Shown piece after piece: positions 49,538 through 58,268 of a stretch of 64,000 nt of DNA. Position numbers and translations under genes: made by a program. Position 1 is the first letter of the stretch. Every line of letters starts with the position of its first letter. The stretch spans positions 14,793-78,792 of the forward strand of contig JAZQLF010000027.1 of assembly GCA_045542535.1 (NCBI GenBank), written 5' to 3'. The stretch is from Acutalibacteraceae bacterium (GTDB taxonomy: Bacteria; Bacillota; Clostridia; Oscillospirales; Acutalibacteraceae). The notes below the pieces were generated by a model, which did not search any database, was not told the DNA's origin, and worked only from the letters and a program-made list of their open reading frames with translations.

Positions 49538-50718
49538 TTCCTTGCAATATTTGAAAGAGAAAGTTCTTCCTTTATTTTAACGGCATTTCCTGAAAGCTTT
49601 GCGGATAACTCTTTATCGGAAATAACGCTTTTAATTGCCTCTGCCAAGCCCTCGGCGTCGCCAACATCCGTAAGCAATCCGTTTTCACCATTTTTAATAA
49701 CAGCACTTGCACCACCTATGGGGCAATCTGTGCAGACAACGGGCATACCAATTGCCATTGCTTCAAGCATAGCATTGGACATTCCCTCATAATCGGAAGA
49801 ATTCACATAAACTGCATCTTCAATTATTTTCTCGTGAACATTAAGTGAAAACGGTTCAAAGTCTACAAAATTATTTAAGTTTAACTTTTCGATTAAATCT
49901 TCCGTTTCTCCCAAAGCTTTTTCATCATCTGCGTTTTGAGTGTTTCCGATTATACGGAGTTTGTAGTCCTCAAAATCCTTATGAACCTCTGAAAAAGCTT
50001 TAACAAGAACGGGTAAATTCTTCTGATAGGAAATTCTGCAGAATGTGGTTATATTCTTGTTTCTTTCCCCCTCATATTTTTGGGGGAGATTTTCTTTTAT
50101 GGGGTTGAAAATTACAACACCCTTTGAAGCAATATTTTCGGGATATGCGTTTTTGGCGTCCTCGGTCTGAAAAACAGCCTTATCCGCTCTTTCGTAATAT
50201 TTTTTCACGAAATTATATCCGTAACGGTGCTTCATTTGTCTTTTAGGGTCGCCACGCTCAGAAATAATAATTCTGTTTTTTGTTTTTCTACCTGCCAAAA
50301 GCACCAATGGAATTGAGGGCTGTAAGAAGGTTACAACAGTAGCATCTGGTCTTTTTTTCAATAATTCTTTAAGTGCTTGGATTTCTTTATGGTAATTTGC
50401 AATGAAAGAAAGATATGAAAATGCAATGGGCACAGATTTTTTTGCTTTTTCAAAAGGCTTACAAAGCAAAGAGGTTACAAATCTTAAAAGCTTATAAATA
50501 ATATCAGTAAAAGATTTTTTAAAATTTTCCCTCAATATTATCACGGGAATATCTTCATCCAAATCTCTGCTTATGACCTCGTTTTTATTGCAGGAGGTTA
50601 AAAGAAATTCGCAAGTATAACCGTTTTTATGAAATTCATTTGTAAGAATGGAAGCAACTCTTTCTGCCCCACCGCCCTTTAAAACAGGCATAACCATTAA
50701 AACTTTCTTTCTGTTCAT
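49519..50718 (-). CDS. Glycosyltransferase family 4 (paralogue group A)
   Basis: KGGGAERV, then VNSSDYEGMSNAMLEAMAIGMPVVCTDCPIGGASAVIKNGENGLL. Confidence 0.85.
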   Translation of the reverse strand: MNRKKVLMVMPVLKGGGAERVASILTNEFHKNGYTCEFLLTSCNKNEVISRDLDEDIPVIILRENFKKSFTDIIYKLLRFVTSLLCKPFEKAKKSVPIAFSYLSFIANYHKEIQALKELLKKRPDATVVTFLQPSIPLVLLAGRKTKNRIIISERGDPKRQMKHRYGYNFVKKYYERADKAVFQTEDAKNAYPENIASKGVVIFNPIKENLPQKYEGERNKNITTFCRISYQKNLPVLVKAFSEVHKDFEDYKLRIIGNTQNADDEKALGETEDLIEKLNLNNFVDFEPFSLNVHEKIIEDAVYVNSSDYEGMSNAMLEAMAIGMPVVCTDCPIGGASAVIKNGENGLLTDVGDAEGLAEAIKSVISDKELSAKLSGNAVKIKEELSLSNIARKWMELM

Positions 50719-51707
50719 ACAAATAATCTTCCTACTGTTTTTTCAAAAACTTTATATATAAACCAGAAGGCTTTGCCGTAGCAACGCATTTTAAGCGCTT
50801 TGTCACCGTATGCGTTGTCTTTTAAAATAGCTTTTTTTAATGATAGGTATTCACTTCTGTGATTATTTTTATCTTCTTTCGAAATTTTTAAATAAGTATC
50901 AAGAGCATTGAAAGCGCATCTTATTATAAAAGAACGTGCAGTATCATCTTCTGATTTCCCTATATTTATAGAAAAATCCCTTATTTGTTCATATACTGCT
51001 TTACAGCTTAAAAAATGTCTGAAAGTCTTTCTTGATGTCACTATTGAATTCTTTCTATATCTTCTGTAGTACAATCTTTCAGAACATTGGGCAACCCTTT
51101 GAGCAACGCAGAAAAGTTGATATGTGAAAAGCATATCTTCGGAGCAGTATATGTTTTCATTGATTAATAAACCACTTTTATCCAAAAAGGCTTTGCGCAC
51201 AAACAGAAGCGGTATAGAACAATGAAAATCCTTATTTTTATTAAGCTCAGTTAAAACATTGTACCCGGTATCAGCTTTATATTTATTTTTTCTTAAATAG
51301 CCTTGTTTCACATCAAATGCATCTTTCGGATCAGCAAATGAACAGGCATCAAAAAACACCATATCTGCCTCTTGACTCTTGGCAACACGTATGAGCTTTT
51401 CAAATGCAGTTTCGTCAAGATAATCATCACTGTCAAGAAAATAAATATATTCGCCTTTTGCTACATCTAACCCAATATTCCGTGTTTTTGAGGGACCGCT
51501 ATTTTCTTTGTGAACAACAGTTATTTTATGGTATTTATCAGTATATTCATCACAAATACTTCCCGAGCCATCTGTTGAACCATCATTAACGAGAATTATC
51601 TCATAATTCTCGTAGGTCTGCTTGAGAACGCTATCAACACATTCTTTAAGATATTTTTCAACATTGTAAACAGGTATAATTACGCTGATTAAACCACTGT
51701 TTTCCAT
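50715..51707 (-). CDS. Glycosyltransferase family 2
   Basis: ISVIIPVYNVEKYL...NDGSTD...DSDD. Confidence 0.85.
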   Translation of the reverse strand: MENSGLISVIIPVYNVEKYLKECVDSVLKQTYENYEIILVNDGSTDGSGSICDEYTDKYHKITVVHKENSGPSKTRNIGLDVAKGEYIYFLDSDDYLDETAFEKLIRVAKSQEADMVFFDACSFADPKDAFDVKQGYLRKNKYKADTGYNVLTELNKNKDFHCSIPLLFVRKAFLDKSGLLINENIYCSEDMLFTYQLFCVAQRVAQCSERLYYRRYRKNSIVTSRKTFRHFLSCKAVYEQIRDFSINIGKSEDDTARSFIIRCAFNALDTYLKISKEDKNNHRSEYLSLKKAILKDNAYGDKALKMRCYGKAFWFIYKVFEKTVGRLFV

Positions 51708-51711
51708 ACAC

Positions 51712-52644
51712 TCAACCTTTTATTTTACACTTTAACACTATTAATGTCGTTGCAATAAGCTTTTTAAAATCCGAAACAAAACCATAGGAATAATGCTTCT
51801 TCATTGTTTTTTGAATCTTTTTATTTAATTCAACTTTTGTGATTTTTGGCTCTTTTATGGCTTTTTCTAAATCTACTGACATTTTCTCGGCATCCTCACT
51901 TTTACTGTGAACACCGGATTCATCGCAACCGATATTTTTTATATAAGAATATTTAGGGTAAACAGTCAACAAATCGTTTTTTACTAAATGAGCACCGAAA
52001 CGCACCGACCAGGAGCTACCATTGCCCTTTGTCTGGCGGTAAAGTCGCATAAACCTGTCATTACCATTGGAATTAAGTTTTTTTATAAGCTTTGGATTTT
52101 TACAGAACTCTGCAAAATCTTTTAATTCCCAATCAGCACCGTTCCAACAGTCTGCCCAGGTTCCCCAAGAACAACTGCAAGAACGATATGCGGTGAAAAC
52201 ATCTCCATTATAGTCCGGCGGAAAACCTATTGCAGGTGCATAACCTGAAATTGAACCGATGTTTTTATTGTTTTCATAATAATTTAAGCACTTGTTCATG
52301 TAGCTTAAGAAATACGGCGAACAAACACAGTCATCTTCTAAAATTATAATCTTTCCGTATTCGTTTATTACCCTTGTAACGCCTTCAATAATAGACTTTG
52401 CCAGTCCCTTGTTTACAGGGTTTTCTATTATTTTAACAGTATTAAACTCTTTTCTATCTTTTATTTCTTTGGCGAAAGCACGAACTTGATTTACAGCCTC
52501 TTGAGTTTTTTCATTTTTAGCACCATCGGAAAAAACTATTAAATCCGTATATTTTGACTCTTCGCACTTTGCAAGAGCCTCATAGGTTTCTTTAAAATGG
52601 TCTGCTCTATTGTAAACAAACATTGCAACCGGAGCATAATTCAT
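51712..52644 (-). CDS. GT-A-fold glycosyltransferase (GNT-I-like)
   Basis: VAMFVYNRADH...SDG...ILEDD (EDD in the DxD position). Confidence 0.6.
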   Translation of the reverse strand: MNYAPVAMFVYNRADHFKETYEALAKCEESKYTDLIVFSDGAKNEKTQEAVNQVRAFAKEIKDRKEFNTVKIIENPVNKGLAKSIIEGVTRVINEYGKIIILEDDCVCSPYFLSYMNKCLNYYENNKNIGSISGYAPAIGFPPDYNGDVFTAYRSCSCSWGTWADCWNGADWELKDFAEFCKNPKLIKKLNSNGNDRFMRLYRQTKGNGSSWSVRFGAHLVKNDLLTVYPKYSYIKNIGCDESGVHSKSEDAEKMSVDLEKAIKEPKITKVELNKKIQKTMKKHYSYGFVSDFKKLIATTLIVLKCKIKG

Positions 52645-52662
52645 ACTTTCACCTACCTATAA

Positions 52663-53913
52663 TCAAATTTTTAATATATCCTTATAAGCGTTTACAAGAT
52701 CCTCTGCATTTTTTTGAGGATTATGGGTAACCAGTGCCCGTTTTTGAGCATTTTTTGAAAGTTCAAGAGCTAACTCATCGCTATCAAAAATCTTCTTGAT
52801 GTTCCACGCTAAAAGAGCTGAATCATCATTTCTGTAGAAAAGAGCATCTTTTCCGTCCTCCGCCATGTCGGAAACGCCTCCAACATAAGCGCTGATGCAT
52901 GGTGTTCCTATAATCATAGCCTCGCCCAATGTATTGGGACTGTTTTCAACTGTTGAACAAAGCACGTAAGTATTCACTTGAGCCAATTTTTCTGCTACCT
53001 GCGGAGCTTTCAATGGGCCGGTAAAAACAATATGGTCTTTCACACCCAAATCATCAATTAATTTTTTCAAGTATGCTCCATAGCCTTTTTTGAAAAAAGA
53101 ACGATGGTCATTATCCGTATAAGGCTTGTGCCCTGCTACGTAAACTTTTATATCGGGGTATTCCTTTATTAACTGAGGCAAAGCCTCAACCACAAAATGA
53201 AAACCCTTTAAAGCATTATAACCATTACCCACGTATATTGAATGTCTTTCAATTTCATCAATATTCCATTTCGCTGTATAAAATGGGGTGCGCAACACTC
53301 TGTTGCAAGAATAATATTTTGCATTTGGGTTTATTGAATATGAATGGGCTCTGTCCCAGGTCGTTCTGCCTAATATGTATTCAGAATTTTCTATAACTTT
53401 TCTTTCGTGGCTCAGGCGTTTTTTATACCATCTTGTTTTTCTGAAATGTAATAGTAGTCCTGCCATAATATTTCTTGAGAAAATCAAATCATCCATCTGA
53501 AGATGACCGCATTGATAATTGTAATACCCCTTTAAAATCCCTTGCATGGATGTAACTGTTGGAATGTTGTGGTTTTTTCCAACATGAAGTGCCGCTTCGG
53601 AATGTAAAAACTCTGTACCTTCAATATGTATTAAGTCAGGCTTAAAATCTTCTATAATTTCAGTAAAACGATTTTCAATCACTTCAGTAGATGTTTTAGG
53701 AGTGTATGCTACGCTGTAATATTTAATTCCATCTACGATTTCTTCAAAATATTCTCCATTTTCGCACTTACATGCAATTGCTAAATTAATTCCCTCAAAA
53801 TTTTCGAGTTCTTTCGCCATTGACTCAACCCAGCCGCCTAAAACATCGGAAGAAACGCCAATTCTTGAAGCCACATTAGCAGGTGTTAAATTAACCGTCC
53901 AAAGTATTCTCAT
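52663..53913 (-). CDS. Glycosyltransferase family 4
   Basis: C-terminal STVENSPNTLGEAMIIGTPCISAYVGGVSDM...G (E-x7-E type). Confidence 0.8.
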   Translation of the reverse strand: MRILWTVNLTPANVASRIGVSSDVLGGWVESMAKELENFEGINLAIACKCENGEYFEEIVDGIKYYSVAYTPKTSTEVIENRFTEIIEDFKPDLIHIEGTEFLHSEAALHVGKNHNIPTVTSMQGILKGYYNYQCGHLQMDDLIFSRNIMAGLLLHFRKTRWYKKRLSHERKVIENSEYILGRTTWDRAHSYSINPNAKYYSCNRVLRTPFYTAKWNIDEIERHSIYVGNGYNALKGFHFVVEALPQLIKEYPDIKVYVAGHKPYTDNDHRSFFKKGYGAYLKKLIDDLGVKDHIVFTGPLKAPQVAEKLAQVNTYVLCSTVENSPNTLGEAMIIGTPCISAYVGGVSDMAEDGKDALFYRNDDSALLAWNIKKIFDSDELALELSKNAQKRALVTHNPQKNAEDLVNAYKDILKI

Positions 53914-55129
53914 CTTTTATTCCTTCCCATCTTATAACATCCTCAAAAAATAAAGGTAAAACAAGCAAAACCGTACAATATATTGAATATGTAACTGAAT
54001 TCAACAATGATACTATCAGCAGAGAAACAAGAACAGCATTTCCCATTCTCCTGATTTGAAGATTATCATACTTTTCTTTGTAATAATTGGGAACAGAATA
54101 AAAGGCTTTTATAAAAAACCATCCGCCCCATAAACCATATTTTGCTAAAGTATCAAGGAAACCGGAGTGACCACCGCCGCTACCTCTCCACAATGCACCG
54201 ATGATTGGATATTTTGACATAAGCTCTAAGCTATTCATATAGCGAATAATACGGGCTTGAATAGATCCCTCTGCGGCACCGGTCTCGCTTGTTGCCACAA
54301 GGTCATTAATTTTCTTTGCAACCGCAGTACCGTCGAAGCTCTCCAAAAGCCACTCTCTGAAGCCATCCCAATAAACAATAGAGAACATAATCGAAGCCAA
54401 AATCACACCCGCTACCACAAAGGCTTTAATACCGCTTTTTCCGTTATAAAAAAACAATATTATCGCTCCGACAGCGCTTGTAAAAATAGCTATAGAATAA
54501 CCCGCTTTTGAAATAAGCTGAACAAAGCTTATTGCCCAAACAACACCTATGGCAAAGTAAATCTTATTGTATTTAAATGATTTTATTATCCACATTAATA
54601 TAGCCGAAAACATACAAACCTGAGGATAAATAAGACTATAACCACCTACACCCTGCCTTAAATATTCATATGTAGTTTCATCATCGCGAACTATCTTACG
54701 GGCAATGGTCGGGTCAATGATCAGTGCTTGTACAGTTTTGTAATTCCAAATTATAAACAAAACCAAAACTATAGGTATAAGCCACTTGAGTTCTTCCCAA
54801 TGTTTCTTATAAAAGCTATTCATAATAAAGCAAACAACTAACATAAAAAACGCAATTTGCTTTAAAATTCCTCTGAAATCACCATTATCTATGAAGGTTA
54901 CACCTATAACGGTGAAAAGGAAAAGTATGGAAAGCAACTGATTTTTGTCGAGAACAACGGGATTTTCTCTTATTAACCAAACGCCTGCCCAAATGGCAAG
55001 TGCCCCCAGCACAATTATTCTGTAAATTAAATCAATTTCCAAGGGAGGCGATATAGACCATATAACAAGGTATGCTACGGCAAATGATTGAATTGTTCCG
55101 TAATTGAAACCTTTTTTCACCATAGCCAC
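53891..55129 (-). CDS. Wzy_C/O-antigen-ligase-family polytopic membrane protein (polymerase, ligase or O-oligosaccharyltransferase)
   Basis: About 10-12 TM segments and a late exoplasmic loop ending GGGHSGFLDTLAKYGLWGG, similar to the H-N/S-x-F/Y-L....G Wzy_C signature. Confidence 0.7.
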   Translation of the reverse strand: MAMVKKGFNYGTIQSFAVAYLVIWSISPPLEIDLIYRIIVLGALAIWAGVWLIRENPVVLDKNQLLSILFLFTVIGVTFIDNGDFRGILKQIAFFMLVVCFIMNSFYKKHWEELKWLIPIVLVLFIIWNYKTVQALIIDPTIARKIVRDDETTYEYLRQGVGGYSLIYPQVCMFSAILMWIIKSFKYNKIYFAIGVVWAISFVQLISKAGYSIAIFTSAVGAIILFFYNGKSGIKAFVVAGVILASIMFSIVYWDGFREWLLESFDGTAVAKKINDLVATSETGAAEGSIQARIIRYMNSLELMSKYPIIGALWRGSGGGHSGFLDTLAKYGLWGGWFFIKAFYSVPNYYKEKYDNLQIRRMGNAVLVSLLIVSLLNSVTYSIYCTVLLVLPLFFEDVIRWEGIKDENTLDG

Positions 55130-55139
55130 CTCCTATTTT

Positions 55140-56258
55140 TTATTCAAGCCAAGTTTTTGCGCTATCACGATATTCTTTGTAATCAAACGTGGTTTTCAAG
55201 TCCGGAATTGCTTCCGTTTTCCCTTTTTCCAAAACACGCTGCATTGCAAGATAAACACTTTCTACTGTTGTGTTTTCGAGCAATATACTGTCAGAACTGT
55301 TTTTAGCATATTCTTTTATATCACTTACGTCAGTGGTTATTACAGGAACCCCGCACGTATAACTTTCAACAAACTTTGTGGGAAAACCTGCATTATTTCT
55401 CCTATCTGACAGCCGTATAAATATATAACAATCGCAACCTTTGATTTCTTTTATTGTTTGCTTATGTGTTTGTTTTCCAAGAAAACGAATTTGATTTTTT
55501 CGCTGTTCTTTGATTTTTATTTGTGGGTATAAGCAATTAAATTCATCTCGGGTAATTCCTACAACATTCAGTTGTATGTCAGTATGGTCAAGAAGTTGAA
55601 ATGCTTCTACAACTTTATCTAAACTATCTTTGTTGCCGTCAGGAAATCCGGCAAAGCAAAATGTAAAGTTATCGGTATTTTTTTCAACCTTTTGATGCCA
55701 GATTCCATCATCAATATCTACGAGTGGTGGCAAACGCAAAACATTTTGGTTTTTTTTGTATGACTCTTCCATGGTTTTGCTGATAACTATGACTTTATCT
55801 GCAATCTTGTGGACAAGGCTTCTAACAAAAAACTCATCAATATATTTAAATGCCTTTTTCAAAAAAGAGCCTTCCGTAAACTGAGTCCATTCGGTGCAAT
55901 CGTACGCTACTGCAATCCCCTTTTTTGAAAAATATTTTTTAGCTAAAACAAGGGTGATAAAAGGAACATTATAAAGCAACACCATTTTAAGATTTTCATA
56001 TTCATCCGCAAGTTTTTTGAGGTTAGAAAAGTTTAAAATCTGCTTTAGCCATTCCTTTGAAGTTTCCGGATGCGGTTCTTCAAACATATTTTCAGAAATC
56101 TGCCACATTCCTGAAAGTGTACCATCGTAGCAAGCACCTAAAAAAACTGCTTTATAGCCTAAAGAATCAAATAACTTTCCGTTGGAAACCACTCGATTCG
56201 CTGCAGCGTTTTTATCAGGGAGAGCAAATCCGCCGTAGTAAATTATTGTGCCCTTCAA
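55140..56258 (-). CDS. Glycosyltransferase (GT-B fold)
   Basis: C-terminal IFIRLSDRRNNAGFPTKFVESYTCGVPVITTD. The only in-frame start at the 5' end is a TTG. Confidence 0.7.
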   Translation of the reverse strand: MKGTIIYYGGFALPDKNAAANRVVSNGKLFDSLGYKAVFLGACYDGTLSGMWQISENMFEEPHPETSKEWLKQILNFSNLKKLADEYENLKMVLLYNVPFITLVLAKKYFSKKGIAVAYDCTEWTQFTEGSFLKKAFKYIDEFFVRSLVHKIADKVIVISKTMEESYKKNQNVLRLPPLVDIDDGIWHQKVEKNTDNFTFCFAGFPDGNKDSLDKVVEAFQLLDHTDIQLNVVGITRDEFNCLYPQIKIKEQRKNQIRFLGKQTHKQTIKEIKGCDCYIFIRLSDRRNNAGFPTKFVESYTCGVPVITTDVSDIKEYAKNSSDSILLENTTVESVYLAMQRVLEKGKTEAIPDLKTTFDYKEYRDSAKTWLE

Positions 56259-56353
56259 GACAAAATCTCCTTATACAATTCAATAGTAGCGGTTGTCTTT
56301 GTAATAATCCAATCAAGATTAGCAAGAAACATATCAAAGTTTTTATAACTCAT
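56255..56353 (-). pseudogene. 32-codon ORF resembling a glycosyltransferase C-terminal tail (possible gene remnant)
   Basis: My translation is MSYKNFDMFLANLDWIITKTTATIELYKEILS. Its TGA overlaps the TTG start of the next gene. It has no obvious RBS. Confidence 0.25.
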
Positions 56354-56385
56354 AGCTACATCTAAAACTTTTTATTAACTAAAAA

Positions 56386-57522
56386 CTAAAGTAGTTCGTT
56401 TATTTTTTTCATATATGCATCAATAACTATATCTCGTGAAAAATTCGTATTGATATACTCTCTGCCTTTTTCACCCATCATTTTTCTTTCTTCGTTGGGC
56501 AAAGCAAGGAATTTTTCTATTTTCTCGCACAATTCATTAACATTTCCGCCGTGATACATAAAACCGGTTTCTCCGTCAATAAAAGTTTCCATACAGCCAG
56601 GATTATCCGTTGAAATTATCGGTCTTCCGGAAGACGCACTTTCAAGAAGAACATTGCTCATACCCTCACCGTAGGTAGAAGGATGAATAATAGCATGAGA
56701 TTTTCTGATAAATGGTTTCGTATCCTTTTGGCTTCCATGAAATTTAATAATACCTTTATTTTGAAGCTTTTCTAAATCCTCGTAATAATGTGATTCTGTC
56801 TCTTCCACAAAACCCAACATATTAAACTCGGTATTAGGATATTTCTTTTTTATTCTTTTAGCCGCTTCTATGTAATCCTCCACGCCTTTATCCTTCAGAA
56901 TTCTTCCCACATAGTTAAAAACGATTTTTTCTCCCTCTATACCATTTCCACCTTCGGGATACTCTTGCAAAGGAAAACGTTTTGTATTCACCCCCGAGCC
57001 GGGAATGAGCTTGATTTTGCCTTTAACCATACCATTCTCTAATGCTATTTTCATATTTGTTTCATTTTGGAACATAACGCATTGTGCACGTCTGTAAGAA
57101 AATTTAAAAAGCTTCATTACAAATTTTTGTACAAAACTACCCTTTTTTAAAACACTACCGAAGCCGGTAACATTTGAGATGACCGGTATTTTAAACAGAT
57201 GTGCTGCCATGGCACCATAAACATTGGGTTTGGCTGTATAAGTTAAAACAATATCAGGTCGATATCGTTTAATAAGTGAGTAATAATGACAAAACAATTT
57301 TATGTCTGCAATAATGTTTGTACCCCGTCTGTCTATGGCAGGGTTATCGTATATATATTCAATATGCTGCATTAATTCAAATTTTTCACCATACGGACAG
57401 GAGATTAAAACATCATACCCCTTTTCAACAGCAGCCTCAACAAGTTCTTTTCTGAAGCAATATATATCGTCATCATTGTTGGTAAAAATAGCAACGAGTT
57501 TTTTGTCGTTTTTTATCTTCAT
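56386..57522 (-). CDS. Glycosyltransferase family 4
   Basis: IHPSTYGEGMSNVLLESASSGRPIISTDNPGCMETFIDGETGF. ATG at 57522 gives MKIKNDKKLVAIF. Confidence 0.85.
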   Translation of the reverse strand: MKIKNDKKLVAIFTNNDDDIYCFRKELVEAAVEKGYDVLISCPYGEKFELMQHIEYIYDNPAIDRRGTNIIADIKLFCHYYSLIKRYRPDIVLTYTAKPNVYGAMAAHLFKIPVISNVTGFGSVLKKGSFVQKFVMKLFKFSYRRAQCVMFQNETNMKIALENGMVKGKIKLIPGSGVNTKRFPLQEYPEGGNGIEGEKIVFNYVGRILKDKGVEDYIEAAKRIKKKYPNTEFNMLGFVEETESHYYEDLEKLQNKGIIKFHGSQKDTKPFIRKSHAIIHPSTYGEGMSNVLLESASSGRPIISTDNPGCMETFIDGETGFMYHGGNVNELCEKIEKFLALPNEERKMMGEKGREYINTNFSRDIVIDAYMKKINELL

Positions 57523-57526
57523 AAAT

Positions 57527-58249
57527 TCACCGCGATTCCACAATATCCGGAATTTCTTTTGTTTTATCATTTAAAAAAACAGTTGTAACTGTTAAAAACA
57601 TTGTTTTTACTTCTTGTAACAAGCTAAAGTTTTCAACGGCATTTAAATTATGCACCATTTTAGCGGGTAACACCGTTTCAATATATGTTTTCTCAGGTTC
57701 AGCCGAATCATTAAGTATTTGTGTTTCATTACGATAAAACACACTCGCTTGAGATGTTATACCTGCAGGTAATAAAAGCGTAGCCTTCATTTCAGGGGAA
57801 TACTTGTTTACATATTCAGGAACCTCGGGACGAGTCCCCACAAAAGTCATAGTACCTCTTAAAACATCAAGCAACTGACTAAGCTCATCAATTTTATATT
57901 TTCTGATAAAACGTCCGACTTTTGTAATTCTTTCATCTTCACCTACAGTTAACTGAGAACCCTTATCTGCCCCTTCAACCATAGACCTGAATTTGAAAAT
58001 CCTGAACTTTTTTCCGTACCTTGTAACTCTTTCCTGTCTGTAAAAAACAGGACCTTTTGAATCAAATTTAATTGCAGCAGCAAGTATTAAGAAAAATGGT
58101 GACAATAATATAAGCAAGAAAAAAGACACTATAATATCAAACAATCTTTTTAAAAATAAGCTGAATCGTTTTTTGTTTAATATATCATAATATTTTTTTA
58201 CTTCCGGAATTTTAAGTTCTTCCGGTAAATCTTCCCACTTACAAAGCAC
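57527..58249 (-). CDS. Initiating undecaprenyl-phosphate sugar phosphotransferase (small bacterial sugar transferase, PF02397-type)
   Basis: KRLFDIIVSFFLLILLSP...PVFYRQERVTRYGKKFRIFKFRSM...GTRPE. GTG start follows GGAAAGGGGTGG. Confidence 0.85.
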   Translation of the reverse strand: MLCKWEDLPEELKIPEVKKYYDILNKKRFSLFLKRLFDIIVSFFLLILLSPFFLILAAAIKFDSKGPVFYRQERVTRYGKKFRIFKFRSMVEGADKGSQLTVGEDERITKVGRFIRKYKIDELSQLLDVLRGTMTFVGTRPEVPEYVNKYSPEMKATLLLPAGITSQASVFYRNETQILNDSAEPEKTYIETVLPAKMVHNLNAVENFSLLQEVKTMFLTVTTVFLNDKTKEIPDIVESR

Positions 58250-58268
58250 TTATGCCACCCCTTTCCTG

